The notes under the pieces are model-generated. The model saw only the letters and a program-made list of their open reading frames with translations, made no database searches and was not told the origin of the DNA. The position numbers were made by a program, and so were the translations under genes. Positions 13,680-25,470 of a DNA stretch of 64,000 bases are shown here, piece after piece. The stretch lies in assembly GCF_036971445.1 (NCBI RefSeq), contig NC_091469.1:67704001-67768000 (forward strand). The letters are read 5' to 3'. This DNA is from Narcine bancroftii. Its lineage: Eukaryota. Position 1 is the first letter of the stretch; each line of letters starts with the position of its first letter.

Positions 13680-14280
13680 CCCTTGATCCCTCTAATATTC
13701 AAAAACTGAACTCCGTCTTAAATATAAGGCTGCCTTCACTGCTTTCTTTGGCAGAAAATTCCATAGATTCTCTACTATCTGGAGAAGCAGTTCATCTTCA
13801 TTATCTTAAATTTACTCCCTAAAATCTTGAGGCTAAATCATCTAGTTCGGGTCTCACCTTCCATTGGAAAGAGCCTCCCTGCTATCTTATTTATTCCTTT
13901 CATAATTTTATTTGTTTTTTATGAGATACACACTCATCTTTTAAAATTCCAATAAATATTGTCCAAGGCTATTCAATCTTTTCCTCTTAAACTAACCTCA
14001 TTACTGGAATCAACTGGTGAACCGCCTCTGCATCACTCTCAAAGCTACAACATTCCTCATGCAAGGACTCCAGAATTGTGCACAGTACTCCAGCTGTAGC
14101 CTTTTCAGTATCCTGTGCAGCTGTAGCAGAACGTCCCTGCTCTTACACTAAATCCCTCTGGCAATGAAGTTTAACATTCCATTTGCATTCTTGATTACCT
14201 GCTGCACTTGCAAACTAACCTTTTAGATTCATGAACAAGCACTCCCAGGTCTCTCTGCACAACAGTATGTTGCAATTTTT
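13680..14280 (-). mobile_element. Degraded CR1 3' fragment
   Basis: ccagaattgtgcacagtactccag is the reverse complement of LEYCAQFW; the flanking sequence is CR1 C-terminal. Confidence 0.75.
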
Positions 14281-15560
14281 CTTTGTGATAGTCTTGCTGC
14301 ACTCTGCCTAATTTTAAAGAAAAAACAAAATGCCTCCGGGAAAGAGCCTGATGTCCTCAAACACCCGAGATGCCTCTTGTGAGCAGACTGCTCACCTCAT
14401 GACTGTTGCTCAATAAAGATAGTATTCACAAGCATGTTTCAGTTCTTGAGGAGCAAAGAAATGATTACACATTAACACCTGCCTGTGACACATGATTTGC
14501 TCTCCTACATTAGCAGAGGGGAGGCAGAAAGAGCACATCCTTGCCCAAGAATTGTACATGTGAACTTGTCCCTCTGCAAGAAGACACACAGCCCCTACAC
14601 TTCTTTACTGCAAAGCATATCAACCTCAGATTACAATGCTCTCTAGTAAAATGTATCCCAACTTTGGATTGTAGAGTGCTGAGGAGAAAGATGCCATCCA
14701 ATCCAAGTGCCTCTGGTAAGTAAATTCAGAACAAGCCAACATAATCTTAAACATTGGATCAAGACATGAAAGATCATCAGGTGGCAAATTGAAAATGTAT
14801 AATGGTCTCCCCAGATGTTAACAATGCTGACACAGCATAATTTTCATGATAATGAGCTAAGATGGATAAATAAAGTTGTGCTCGATTTCAGATGTGTTCT
14901 CAGTCTGCTAGTAGGGGCTAAGAACCCACGTTCTACACTAGAAACCTTTAGAAGTCATCAAAGAAGAAAAATATAACCAAGATCATTCTTCCTCACACAC
15001 TTATAACATACAAGAACATTCCATCAGAGGTGAGTTGAATGTTCAATTGGTAATACATTAAGAGGAAGGTGGACTGTATAAAATTGTCTATTCTTCTGAA
15101 CACTGATAATACTGAATGTCTGATTAACATTATTCTAGGAAACCATGCAACATCCCAAATGACCAACTTTCAAGAGCATATTGCTACATTACCATTCTTC
15201 TTCCATCCTGTGAAATATAAATGTATAAACTTTGAAAAAACAAGCAAAAATTCATTGTTGTACATTTTTTAGGGATACCTTGTATGACATGGTTAATACA
15301 TTCCAAACAAGTTCAGTGTTATGAAAAAGTGCACTGTTTGAAGCATTATTACAATGTACTTTACTGTAATACATTCTAACCCTATAATTATTTATTATTT
15401 TACCTAGAACTCTTAAGCAAACATGTGGATAAAATATTTAAAAGGGATATCTAAACTGAAAAATGACAAATATCTTTATTGGCAATAAGGGAACATTGTT
15501 TATTTAAGAAAATATTTGTCTGATGTAGTTTGCAATTCTTTAGTTCCAGCCCCCTCAATG

Positions 15561-15880
15561 ACTGCCCGCTCGGGACGGTGACTGACTGCTCAAGACGGTG
15601 ATGGTAAGTGCCCACTCGGGGTAGTAAGTGCCCACTTGGGATGGTGACAGTGTCCACCCAGGATGGTGTTTGCCTGCCTGGGACTATAACTGCCCACTCA
15701 CGGCCGTGACAGTCCATCAAGATGGGGACCAACCGCTCGGAATGGAAACTGCCTGGGAAAGTGACCAACTGCCTGGGACTATGAATGCCTGCTTGGGCCG
15801 GGTCTGATCATCCGGGATAGTGACCGTCTGCTTGAGACCGTGACCACCTGCTCGAGACGAAGACCAACCGCTTGGGATGA
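15561..15880. repeat. Degenerate ~20-bp GC-rich minisatellite
   Basis: Recurrent units resembling ACTGCCCRCTCGGGACGGTG within AT-rich flanks. Confidence 0.7.
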
Positions 15881-16217
15881 AGATATACACATTTGCCTTG
15901 AAAATAAATAAATCATTGACCATGTGTCATTTTGAATTGGCTGTAAATTATATGCTGAAAGAATGGCTAATCACCTGAAATCATACCAAAATAGGCACAA
16001 GGTCAATCAACTATGCCACTAATTTTACAAGATGCAAGGAGAAATAAAAATCTCTAATTGTACCTTCATCCTGGAGAAGAAATGCAGAAATTAAATTTTT
16101 ATCAGATTAAAGATAGAATGAAAGTGCATGGACCGACCTTGGAATGGGGACTGACTGTGTTATATCAAAACCTGCACTGTTCAAAACTGTATTATACACG
16201 GTATGCCTGTAGTTAGA

Positions 16218-16955
16218 TCAATTAAACAAATATTCATTTGTAGATTTCTGTTTTCCTTCTTCTTCTCCATCTAAAATATTGATGTTCTGATTCCACAACA
16301 GGCAATTTGCCAAAGATGTGCCAGATGTTGAGGCAGCAATGTCAATCTCTGGATCACTTTTTTTCCACAAAAACTTTTCATTCTTTTTCCAAAGAGAGCT
16401 ATCCCATTCTTTTTCCCTCCCTTTACGTTTCAAAGGTGCAGTTTCACTAAACCTTTCTGTCACTGAAAAATCTGTTAGTGCACTGACAAACTCTTCATTA
16501 CTTTTATTCAAAAAATCCCAAAAATCTCTAGGCTTAGTTTTTCTTTTTGGCACATGCCCAGAAGTTTTTTTTGGCTGTACGGTAAGGTTTCTCTTCCTGC
16601 CAAACAATGGATCCAGTATGGAGGTATCACCAAGCAGCTCTGTAATTAAGTCGGTTTTGAGTTGCGTTATTTCTTGGTTGTTATCTGACATGCACTTTGG
16701 CCCTTCCACTGGTGGACCTATCTCTTCGCGTTGTTGTTGCAGATTCACAGCACCTCTGGAGTTTGCCCCACTGCTGTCCAGTTTACTCTTTGAGAGTGAA
16801 GTCTCTGAAGGACTTGAACAACACATATGATCATCAACACCTTCTCCAACATTATGAACATATTTGTCAGGCATCATATTATAATTTTTTAATGAGCTGT
16901 CCTGACTTATAATTGTATTTTTGTGAACTAAATGATGTGTTTCAAAAACACAGAT
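16218..16955 (-). CDS. ERCC6L2: Open 3' part of the ERCC6L2 terminal exon
   Basis: 245 open codons to TGA at 16218-20 (includes ORF 16218..16877). Contains the ERCC6L2 C-terminal motifs LLGDTSILDPLF, PRDFWDFLNKSNEE..LTD and SLWKKNEKFLWKK. Confidence 0.8.
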   Translation of the reverse strand: MCVFETHHLVHKNTIISQDSSLKNYNMMPDKYVHNVGEGVDDHMCCSSPSETSLSKSKLDSSGANSRGAVNLQQQREEIGPPVEGPKCMSDNNQEITQLKTDLITELLGDTSILDPLFGRKRNLTVQPKKTSGHVPKRKTKPRDFWDFLNKSNEEFVSALTDFSVTERFSETAPLKRKGREKEWDSSLWKKNEKFLWKKSDPEIDIAASTSGTSLANCLLWNQNINILDGEEEGKQKSTNEYLFN

Positions 16956-17238
16956 CTATTTCCATCAGGTTCTTTTTGCTTAAACTATTTATTCTGCCAG
17001 CTGGTTCTCCACAAATAAAATAACTGACGTTTTTTCAGCCCTTCTGTCAGAACTACTTGTGGCCGCAAAGCCCTTTGAACTGTGTACAATGACACCATCC
17101 TCAATTTCAGACTTGGAAAGGCTAATTCAGCTCCAGATGCTGAGTCAGGTGGGAGTCGGTCAGCACTTCCAGCTGGTGCTCCAGGTGCTGCTTAGAGCCT
17201 GCTCAGCTAAGCCTTCCGCAGAGATATAGGAGCTCTTT
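16956..17238 (-). pseudogene. ERCC6L2: Eroded 5' part of the ERCC6L2 terminal exon
   Basis: Acceptor ttccattttaag|A at 17239-40. Reads KSSYISAEGLAEQALSST, then in a shifted frame EHQLEVLTDSHLTQHLEL, resembling human [32 protein letters not shown]. All three frames contain stops. Confidence 0.6.
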
Positions 17239-19528
17239 CTTAAAATGGAACATCATAAAATAAGTATTTCAATATCTGAAGAAAACCAGTATGAAGAAAA
17301 CCAGTAGAGTGGAAGTACAGTAAAGAACATTTTGCTAAGCAGAAGGAAACTGCCTACAATCGCTGAGCCTATCTTTTGCCTTCTTCCCCTTCATCTCCCA
17401 CAGTCCCCAACAAACCAGTTAAAGCTCTGAAGCACTAAGCTGACACCAGGCAATGGGATGATCAGCAGCACCATTCCTTCTATTACGAATGTTGATTAGT
17501 CTCTTACTGCTCAAGTGCTAGCCAAGTGTTGCTGAGTATTTGACTGGTACCAACTAAAAAATGATCAATTGCTTTGGGTTAGCGTATGGTAATGAAGACT
17601 ATCTTGATCCTTTCTGAACTGCTCAAAGTACTTGTTGATAGAATGTTTTCTGTCACTGCTGCCAGTTTAAATGGTTAGCTGAAAGGCAATTCAATGCTTT
17701 ACTAACCCGACATGCTGGAGTCATTGCAGGTTAGTTATCCCAACAGGTCAGAGGTCCACAAAAGTTTTTTTGTTAGAGACATGGTTTGGGGACAGGTGTG
17801 GAATTTACAGGGAAGAGAGAGTTGATTGGATGGGGAAGGAAAGTTACACAGTACACATTAATGAGTTTGTGGTATTTCTTCAATGTCTCATTTTCTCCAT
17901 CCTTTCTGTTATTCTATAATATGTGATCCTATACTAATCATGTTCTTCCCAATATAAAATAAAAAAACACATTTACATCTTGCCAATAATGTTGGGTTTT
18001 CTAGAGTCCCCAACCTGGAGGCCGAATCACTCATCTTAGCTTAAACTTCACTGCAGCTTTTAAATGTCTATTATTCTTGATCACAATACACATGAACAAT
18101 GAGAACGTAATGAAAAGCTTAGCTTTCACAATCAACAAGCCATTCAAACATTCACGTGGTTAATAATTCCAGTTGGAATGAAAATCCAACATATTGCAAT
18201 CATAGATAACCCAAAAAAGTAGTCTCCTACTAATTTAAATGGAAAATCTTCAGCAATGTGCAGCAGAACTTGTCTCTGCCTACATTTATGTTTATCTAAC
18301 CAGGATGTAGCAGATAGCTCTATTGCTAATTAGCATAGTTTCATAACAAAACATTAGACCACTACTAATACTTCCTCTCTTTTGATCTTAAACTTCCTCC
18401 CATCCTTTCATTATCATTCAGACATGGGATTCAGTACATTTTATTCAATGAGCAATGTGCAGAGTGTAAAATTTCCACCAGATATTCAATACTTTCCTAA
18501 TGTATCCCTTTGCTCTGGCAACAAAATCGCTGCAATAAAACAGTATGTTTTCCGTTGCTATTTCCAGTTCTACATGAAGGCATTATTTTCAGATCCATCA
18601 CTAATCCTATTTGCAAACTCCTTCTTTGATAGTGGGCAAAAAAAAGTGCTTCTTTGGAATGCTTATACAGCTGCATCACCAGGTCTTGAGCAGAGACCGC
18701 CAGTATCTGCAACCTAGCCTTCAGAACCTGTGTGGGCTGTGTGCATTGCATTATTCAGCACAACACCAATGAACAGCTGAACACAAACAAAAAAAACTGA
18801 CCATAACACATATGCGGCCTTTAGGTCCACACATGATTACAAATAAAGGCTTAATTGTCATGTTCCACATAATCAATTCATGCTTTGCCTTCACATTCAT
18901 CAGTGCTCAATTATCATGTGATGGCGAAGCCTGTCAAAACAAGACTTCTTGAATTAGTGATCCAGAGAGCGAGATGATGAAAAAGGGAGCCTGAAATTCT
19001 GTACAAATTTCCTTACAAAGACCAGATTCACAGAGGATGTGACACGACAATGTAATCAGAAATGACAGGAAATACAATGGTTTTTAGAGAAGTACTGGCC
19101 TGCCACTCAAAATGAAGCTTTGCTGCTCAGTCTACATTCCTAGCCTGGCTCTGCAGCTGTGACTGCCTTTGACAGGTCCTGCACTCTGACATCTTTACCA
19201 CTATGAAATGCTTTAACAACCTGAATAGAAACAAAATGGTCAGTGGAAGAATAGACTAAGTATTTCCAGTACACGTATTCTCCTGCTGTCCTACCGTTTG
19301 GCAAATACTTTAGGTCAGCATACCTATCGAGAATGGTCTGGACTAACAAGATCACATTACTAGTGCTCAATTTCTTTCTGGACTGTTGCAAGTACAAAAG
19401 AGCAGCTATGGTGTCATCTTTAGGTAGAAGTATCATATGACCATGCTAAGGGAAAATGAGTTCAGCTGCCTTTACAGAATGAAAGCAGGGCCTTTTGACC
19501 TTTGACCTCAGTCTTCTAGTTTACTCAC

Positions 19529-19599
19529 CTACAGATTCCTTTGGGTGCTTCCTTTATAAAGGTGCTGGTGCCAGCTGCTTGTTGGCCCTTCCCCTCTAT
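19529..19599 (-). CDS. ERCC6L2: Putative shortened penultimate ERCC6L2 exon
   Basis: Perfect donor AG|gtgagt at 19527-28. Encodes IEGKGQQAAGTSTFIKEAPKGIC(R), resembling human TTFIIGETPKGIRR. The only phase-0 acceptor downstream of the in-frame TAA (19666-68) is cttctccacag|ATA. The ancestral exon probably began near 19713. Confidence 0.55.
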
Positions 19600-21237
19600 C
19601 TGTGGAGAAGGATGCACAAGTGACAGGTGGGTTAAACTTCTGACCCTCATTTGTTTGGAGTTGCTTTAAGCATTTTTGAGGGGAACTAAGTACATGACCA
19701 GCTTCATAAAATACTCAAAACAAAAAAAATTAAAATAGTTTCAAGGATATGATCTTAAAATATTGCATAGAATTGACCCTGCTGCTAACTTCAGATACAG
19801 AAGAAGCTGTGTCAAACAAAAAAAAATTCCAAGCACCTCATTCACATCACTCAGCTCAGGTAAATTGGAAAATCTGAAATAACATACTTTTATTTAATTT
19901 TATTTAAAGTACTTCAAATCAAACACTGTTGCATTAGTTTGGACCTAACATACAGCACTTCTAAAAAAAACTTCAAATAATTAAAAAAATTAATGTAAAA
20001 TTTTAGTTTTTAAATAACTGTTGCATTTATTTTTTTTAATGATTGTTGAAGCATTATCTGGTCTGCACATTATACCTTTTGAGCCTTGCCATTTTGGGTC
20101 AGGGCAGCCAGTCAATACCAATTAGTCTAGAGAGGCAAACCTGAATTTACCACATAACTCTGTGGTGATTCTGGAAGGTTCTTACCACCAGCAAGTTCTG
20201 ATCTGATACATTTAGACATACACTTTCAAAATATACAAGTTAATCCAGCTTTAGCCAATTGAAATCTTGGTATGAGAACTTTTTTTTGTAAAGATGAGAG
20301 AGTACAGTTATATAGATAGAATGGAAAAGCTGGAATTGTTCATTTTAGAGACGAGGGCATATGACATTCAAGAACCAAAGAAAAACCTTTCAGGATCATG
20401 AAATATTAAAGACTTCTACATTGTTCAGCATATGAAACTAGGCACAGAGTAGATGGGTTCAAGGACGTTTCTGTGCTGTGGTATTCTATGGTTCTATAAT
20501 AATACAGAATATAGGTCAGCACATTAAAATCTGCAGGGAATGAGCTGATTAATAACCCCTTTAAGATGGTGATCTATCACTGCGTGTGAACCATGAATCC
20601 AGGTCCAAAGGCAGAGACCACACTAGGTACCGATAGCCATTATATTTAAGCATCCAAATCCAGAGTTAATGGATGTGTCATAGATTGATCACAAAATGGT
20701 GACAGAAATGCAGCCCTTTGCCTGCTCTGCTTGAATGCACCTTGTACAAATACTGGGCATGAGCATCATTGCCCTCATCTGTTGCCTCAACAATGCAATA
20801 AAAATGTAATATTACTAATGGTAATTAGGGATTAAAGTGTCCGTTCACTAAATTTTGGAGCAGGAAATAGAAATTCAAAGTAAGAAATACATGTGAAAAT
20901 TTGGCCACATTATTTCAGAAATCGAATGAATTCCTTACTGAATTTAGTTAGTTAATTTTATTAACACTACAAATTTGTGATTGACATGTTGATTGTCAGA
21001 AAGAGATTTGCCAAGATAGTGTAATATCTGAAGGCGGTATTATTTAATGTCAAGGACACACGGAAATAAACCAGAACAATAAATATAATTTGAGGAACCT
21101 GAAGTACTCATCTATTATCTGGATTACAGATCAGAAATAAATGATACACAGATATGCGCTCTAAATAAAAAGTATTTTTTGAGGGCTTCAGTTTTATATT
21201 AATTAATATTTTCAATTCCTTCTCCAGGATAACTTAC

Positions 21238-21392
21238 CTGACTTGCATGGAAGGCAATGTTTGCAGGTATCTGGGAATACTGTTTTAGTTCAAATACATC
21301 ACGAATTGCAGTATGGGTCAGTTGGTTTTCAGCTTTGCTGGATCCAACCACACGCTGATTTGAATGAATGAAACCCACTTCTTGTACATTAC
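21238..21392 (-). CDS. ERCC6L2: ERCC6L2 exon encoding the VIGSSK motif
   Basis: tttactag|GT ... CAG|gtaagt; 155 nt, phase 1/0. Encodes [52 protein letters not shown] (human [46 protein letters not shown]). Confidence 0.95.
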
Positions 21393-21639
21393 CTAGTAAA
21401 TGAAGTATTAAATATATCATCAACAATCCCTGCTGCTTTAAAATAATTTGTTGAAGTGTCCTTCAGCAAATTATGTGATTTATCTTATTTTCCACATATC
21501 TAATTCTGATTTGCTCCTCTTGCTTTCAACAAGTTGGGCGAAATTCAAAATAATTTTACCACTGATAAAGGTTTTAAAGGTTTAAAATGCACCAAAGTTC
21601 TCCACAGTTGATTAAACTTGAGCAGAAGAACTTTCGGCA

Positions 21640-22105
21640 ACAAGGTATCTCTCGATTCCCTGGATAACTGTCCTAGAACGCAAGTCCCTGCAGTAGATAG
21701 TAAAGACTGCTATAAGGAGATTACTGGGGTCTCTCTCCCTGCCACGATAGACATTTATAATGGCTGTTGTTTGCGGAAAGCCATAAATCTTGTGAAGGAC
21801 TCCACACCCCTCCCCTCCCCCTCTCAATCCATTCTCCCTCCTGCCATCCAGGAAGAGGTACCAAAGTGTTCAGGCCTTCATGACCAGATGGCGAAAGATA
21901 TTTTCTGCACAAGTCGTGAGGCTTCTGAACACCAGGGACACAGCATATGTAACATAATATTTATGTCATATGTTATTTATAAAAAGTTTCTGATGAAATT
22001 TAGCCATGTAAATAACCAGCTCCACGGACCGGAGAAATGCTATTTCATTTTCACTGTACATTGTAGTGGTTATGGTATGAACAACAAATAAACATGACTT
22101 GACTT
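21640..22105 (+). mobile_element. Rex1/Babar-type LINE 3' fragment
   Basis: EITGVSLPATIDIYNGCCLRKAINLVKDS; tail aataaacatgacttgactt. Confidence 0.7.
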
Positions 22106-23354
22106 AACATCTGAACCTATAACCTACCATCTTTGATCAATGCAGACTTCTTGTGTTTGTGGCTTTTCTCATCAAGATACACTGTTATTTTGGGCAGGGG
22201 GCACGAATTGTGCAAAATCCGTCTCTTTGGAAAAATTATTTTAAAAATCCTTGTAAATTATCCTATTTTGATTTAGACCTGGCCTGACTAATCACCTAAA
22301 CCGGTTATAATTCGAAGTTCTCAACAATTCTAATTAAGGCACAACTTTAAATTTTGAAGTAAAAAATTGAAAAGGAAAAGATGAAGCTTCAATCAAATTC
22401 ACTACAATAAATCTCTTGGTGCATTCACAACACAACTGGAACAAGCTTGATACTGGAGGAAAAGATTTTGGTTCTATGCTTGATGCTTTAAAGGCTGCAT
22501 ATCCCTGAAGTGGGCATCACAAGAATAATGAATAATTTTGATTTAGCAGTATCTACACATTTGGAACGAGTTTTCAATCTCAAAGATTGTCAGGATGCCT
22601 CCAAGAATTGAAGATTTACTTCGAGACAACTCTGCAAACAGATGGTAAAAATGGCTTCTTGACTGGACAGAATGGATTGAGGCCAGCAGGGGTCATGTCC
22701 TGGAATATGTCCCAACAAAATCAGTACCCTATTCGGGTGTGCCTTGTCATTTTCTAAGTTTATGACCTGGGGTTTATCGAGATGTTGGGGGCATTTTTGC
22801 TGTTTGTTGCTCCACAGTAGTTTCCTTTATAAAAAAATCAAATGTGAAATACAACTTTGATTTGACTGATTGTTGCATCGGTCAAAACAAACAAAAAAAA
22901 CAAGGAAGACATGATATACATTTGTGGCATGCAATGTACAGTATGTGCCAAGTGTTCTTTAGCCCCTTAATTTGACACTCATAGGAAGAGGGCCTCATAA
23001 ATGTAGCACCAGGACCAATGTCTGTGCTTGCTTACCTGTGCTATGCTTGTCTGAGCTTACATTCCATTTACAACCAAAAATCAGGCTGGCAGTACACCAA
23101 TATCTACCCGCAAAACATGCTATTATTCTAACATCAACAGTTGGAAGTACTTGCCTATTTCTTGGGTCTTCACATTTAATTCCCTCTAGTCTAGTGCCAG
23201 TGCCAAGTAGCATCAGCTTCATCCTAAAGTTGTTCTTGTGAAATATGAGTGTAACATTGATCTGCTATGTACTCACATCCCTCAGACACAAAACTTTTGG
23301 AATACACAGACACATCCTGACCCTTCACTCTTTAATTGAAAGATCTGTAGTTAC

Positions 23355-24510
23355 CCAACATGTTGTCCATTGATGCCAACTGTTTACTGTTAGTTTGCCT
23401 CCAATTCCTGTACCCAGGTACAGCTCCATCTTTGGCAATTCCACTCCACCTCTTGTGAGATCTAAACGGAATTTTCTTGCACTTTTGCTTGCTGTTATTT
23501 CTACTGATCCCATTGTTTACATTTAGTCGGGACTGCTTAGTGGCAATGTCATCTTCAGAAGATGAAAATTCCTCCATGTTGTATTGCGCCGTCCTTTTTT
23601 GAAGTATAGCTTGAGCATTACTGTTTCCTCTGCCCGTTTCGGCTCTATGATCAAATTGATTCGATGTTATGTCTGGTGACTCTGCAAACATTTCAACATC
23701 ATCTGACTCATCACTGATGCTGTCTGTCCATTTCGGCTGTGCTTTCAGTTTGGCAACTACGATCAAGGGTTTTTCTTTTGTTATCTTGGAAGAATCACCA
23801 ACAATGCATGGAACTGCACCAATACATCGTGAAGTTTTAGAAGATAAAAAAGATTTTTCTTTACTGCACACATGTGCAAAGTTTTCATCATTTGAATCCT
23901 CTGAATCTGTCGATAGGAAGCTGACATTAGATTTCTTCCTAAGAAACGAATTTTTCTTTTGTCCCAATACATATGAAGTACTGATCATGTTTCTCTCATT
24001 ACTGTTAGTGGCTTCCTTGTCAAGTGCTAATTTGGCTTTTCCCTTGGATTCAATGAATGAGCTACAGTTCCGACTGTACTTTGACTGATTAGCATGTCCA
24101 TAATCCCTTTTTATTGGTTGAACATCTGAATGGATATCTGGGACCAGATGACCAGACACGTCCACAGCAAAACCCAAGCTTGTGCTTACTCCTGTGCTCT
24201 GCTTCTCTAATAATTCACCATCAGAACTGCAGTCACTTTCACTGGATAACTCACCACTGCTTGCTTTTCTGTCAAAAAATTTGGAAAGCCCACATTGGAC
24301 TAAAGTGAGCTGTCCACCAGTATCCAGATGGTGATTGATTTCCACTGGATCTGCTTCACTATTCTGTTTTGTCATGCTTGAAGGCTCCGTTTCACTGTCA
24401 CTACTGAAGTCAAAAGATTGTTGTAGATTTCTTAAGGTTGACCTTTTTCCTTTGTTAAGTTGCATCAACAAGTCTAGGTTCTCCTCTTCCATATTTGCTG
24501 TGTCTGTGGT
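23355..24510 (-). CDS. ERCC6L2: ERCC6L2 large Ser/acidic low-complexity exon
   Basis: Lies within ORF 23332..24537. Acceptor ctctttaatgttcag|ACC and donor TTGG|gtaact; 1156 nt, phase 0/1, consistent with both neighbouring exons. Ends ...ASMDNML-G. Confidence 0.9.
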
Positions 24511-24539
24511 CTGAACATTAAAGAGAGAAACAAACATTT

Positions 24540-25470
24540 ACAGATGCACCAAATAATATGTATATCAGAACACTCAGCAGATCTGGCAATATCTGTGCAA
24601 AGAGAAACAATGTTAATAGTTCAATATTAATGGAAAAGCAGCTCAGAAATGCATAGATGAAGTTTATAAATAAACTCCGTAGGTTTTTCACAGAGAATAG
24701 TCTCTCTAAGACTTTCTCATCCACTCTTCCCTCTCCACCCATCCTTTCACCCCCTTAAACACTTCCTGCTGTAACTGCAGAAAGTGTGAAGCTTGTCCCA
24801 CATCTCTTCCTTCTCCTTCATCCACCAGGTTTATAAAATTAACTTCCAGGTGAGGCAAAGCATTATACGCGTATTATCCAACCTAAGTTCCTGCATTCAA
24901 TGAACACTGTCACCTCATCTACATTGGTGACACAAACACAGACTGAGTGACCACTTCGCTAAATATCTGAAAGTTTGTGGCTCTAAACCTGAACTTCCTG
25001 TAGCCAACCACTGGAACTCACCCAACATTTCCTACAATGACATGTCTGCTCTTGACTTCATCCATTGTTGGGATGAGGCCAAAAGTAAACTTGAAGAACA
25101 ACACATCATTTTCCTCCTTGATACCCTTAAATCTAATAGCATGAGCATGGATTTTTAAAAAAAATTAGGTAATCCCTCACCTGACTCCACTGTTTCAATC
25201 TCTTCTTTACCTACACCAATAAATAAAATCCCCCCTCTCTTCCTAATAGTTTCTCCTTCAACTTGTCTCTCCACCTTTCACATCTTCAGTCCAATCACCT
25301 TTGGCCCTCTCTCCAGCTTCTTTTACAAACATAATATCATCACCTTCTCTCTAGTCTTGATAAAGTGTCCAGACACGAAACCTTCACTGACCATTTCCAT
25401 CCATGAATGTTCTCTGACCTGCTGAGTTTCTCCAGCAATTTATCTGCTCATGATTCAAGCATTTGCCTGT
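24540..25470 (+). mobile_element. Penelope-like element fragment (GIY-YIG C-terminus and terminal repeat)
   Basis: C..C..C, FQVRQ, IYIGDT, PVANHWNS...DMSAL...HCWDEAKSKLEEQHIIFLLDTLKSNSMSMDF. Hammerhead-like motif at 25357-25381; ends ctgacctgctgagtttctccagca. Confidence 0.85.

Noticed and set aside
16318-16830. Plus-strand ORF of 170 aa (also 23669..24088)
   Set aside because: These are antisense shadows of ERCC6L2 coding sequence with no recognisable protein.
18540-18720. Minus-strand KKEFANRISDGSE as the missing ERCC6L2 segment
   Set aside because: The resemblance is short, ends in a stop and has no phase-compatible splice sites; 17238-17125 fits better.
19140-19436. 98-aa minus-strand ORF as an extra exon
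   Set aside because: No recognisable similarity and no convincing splice boundaries.
22937-23310. Possible Tc1-type MITE
   Set aside because: The putative TIRs are too degenerate to support.
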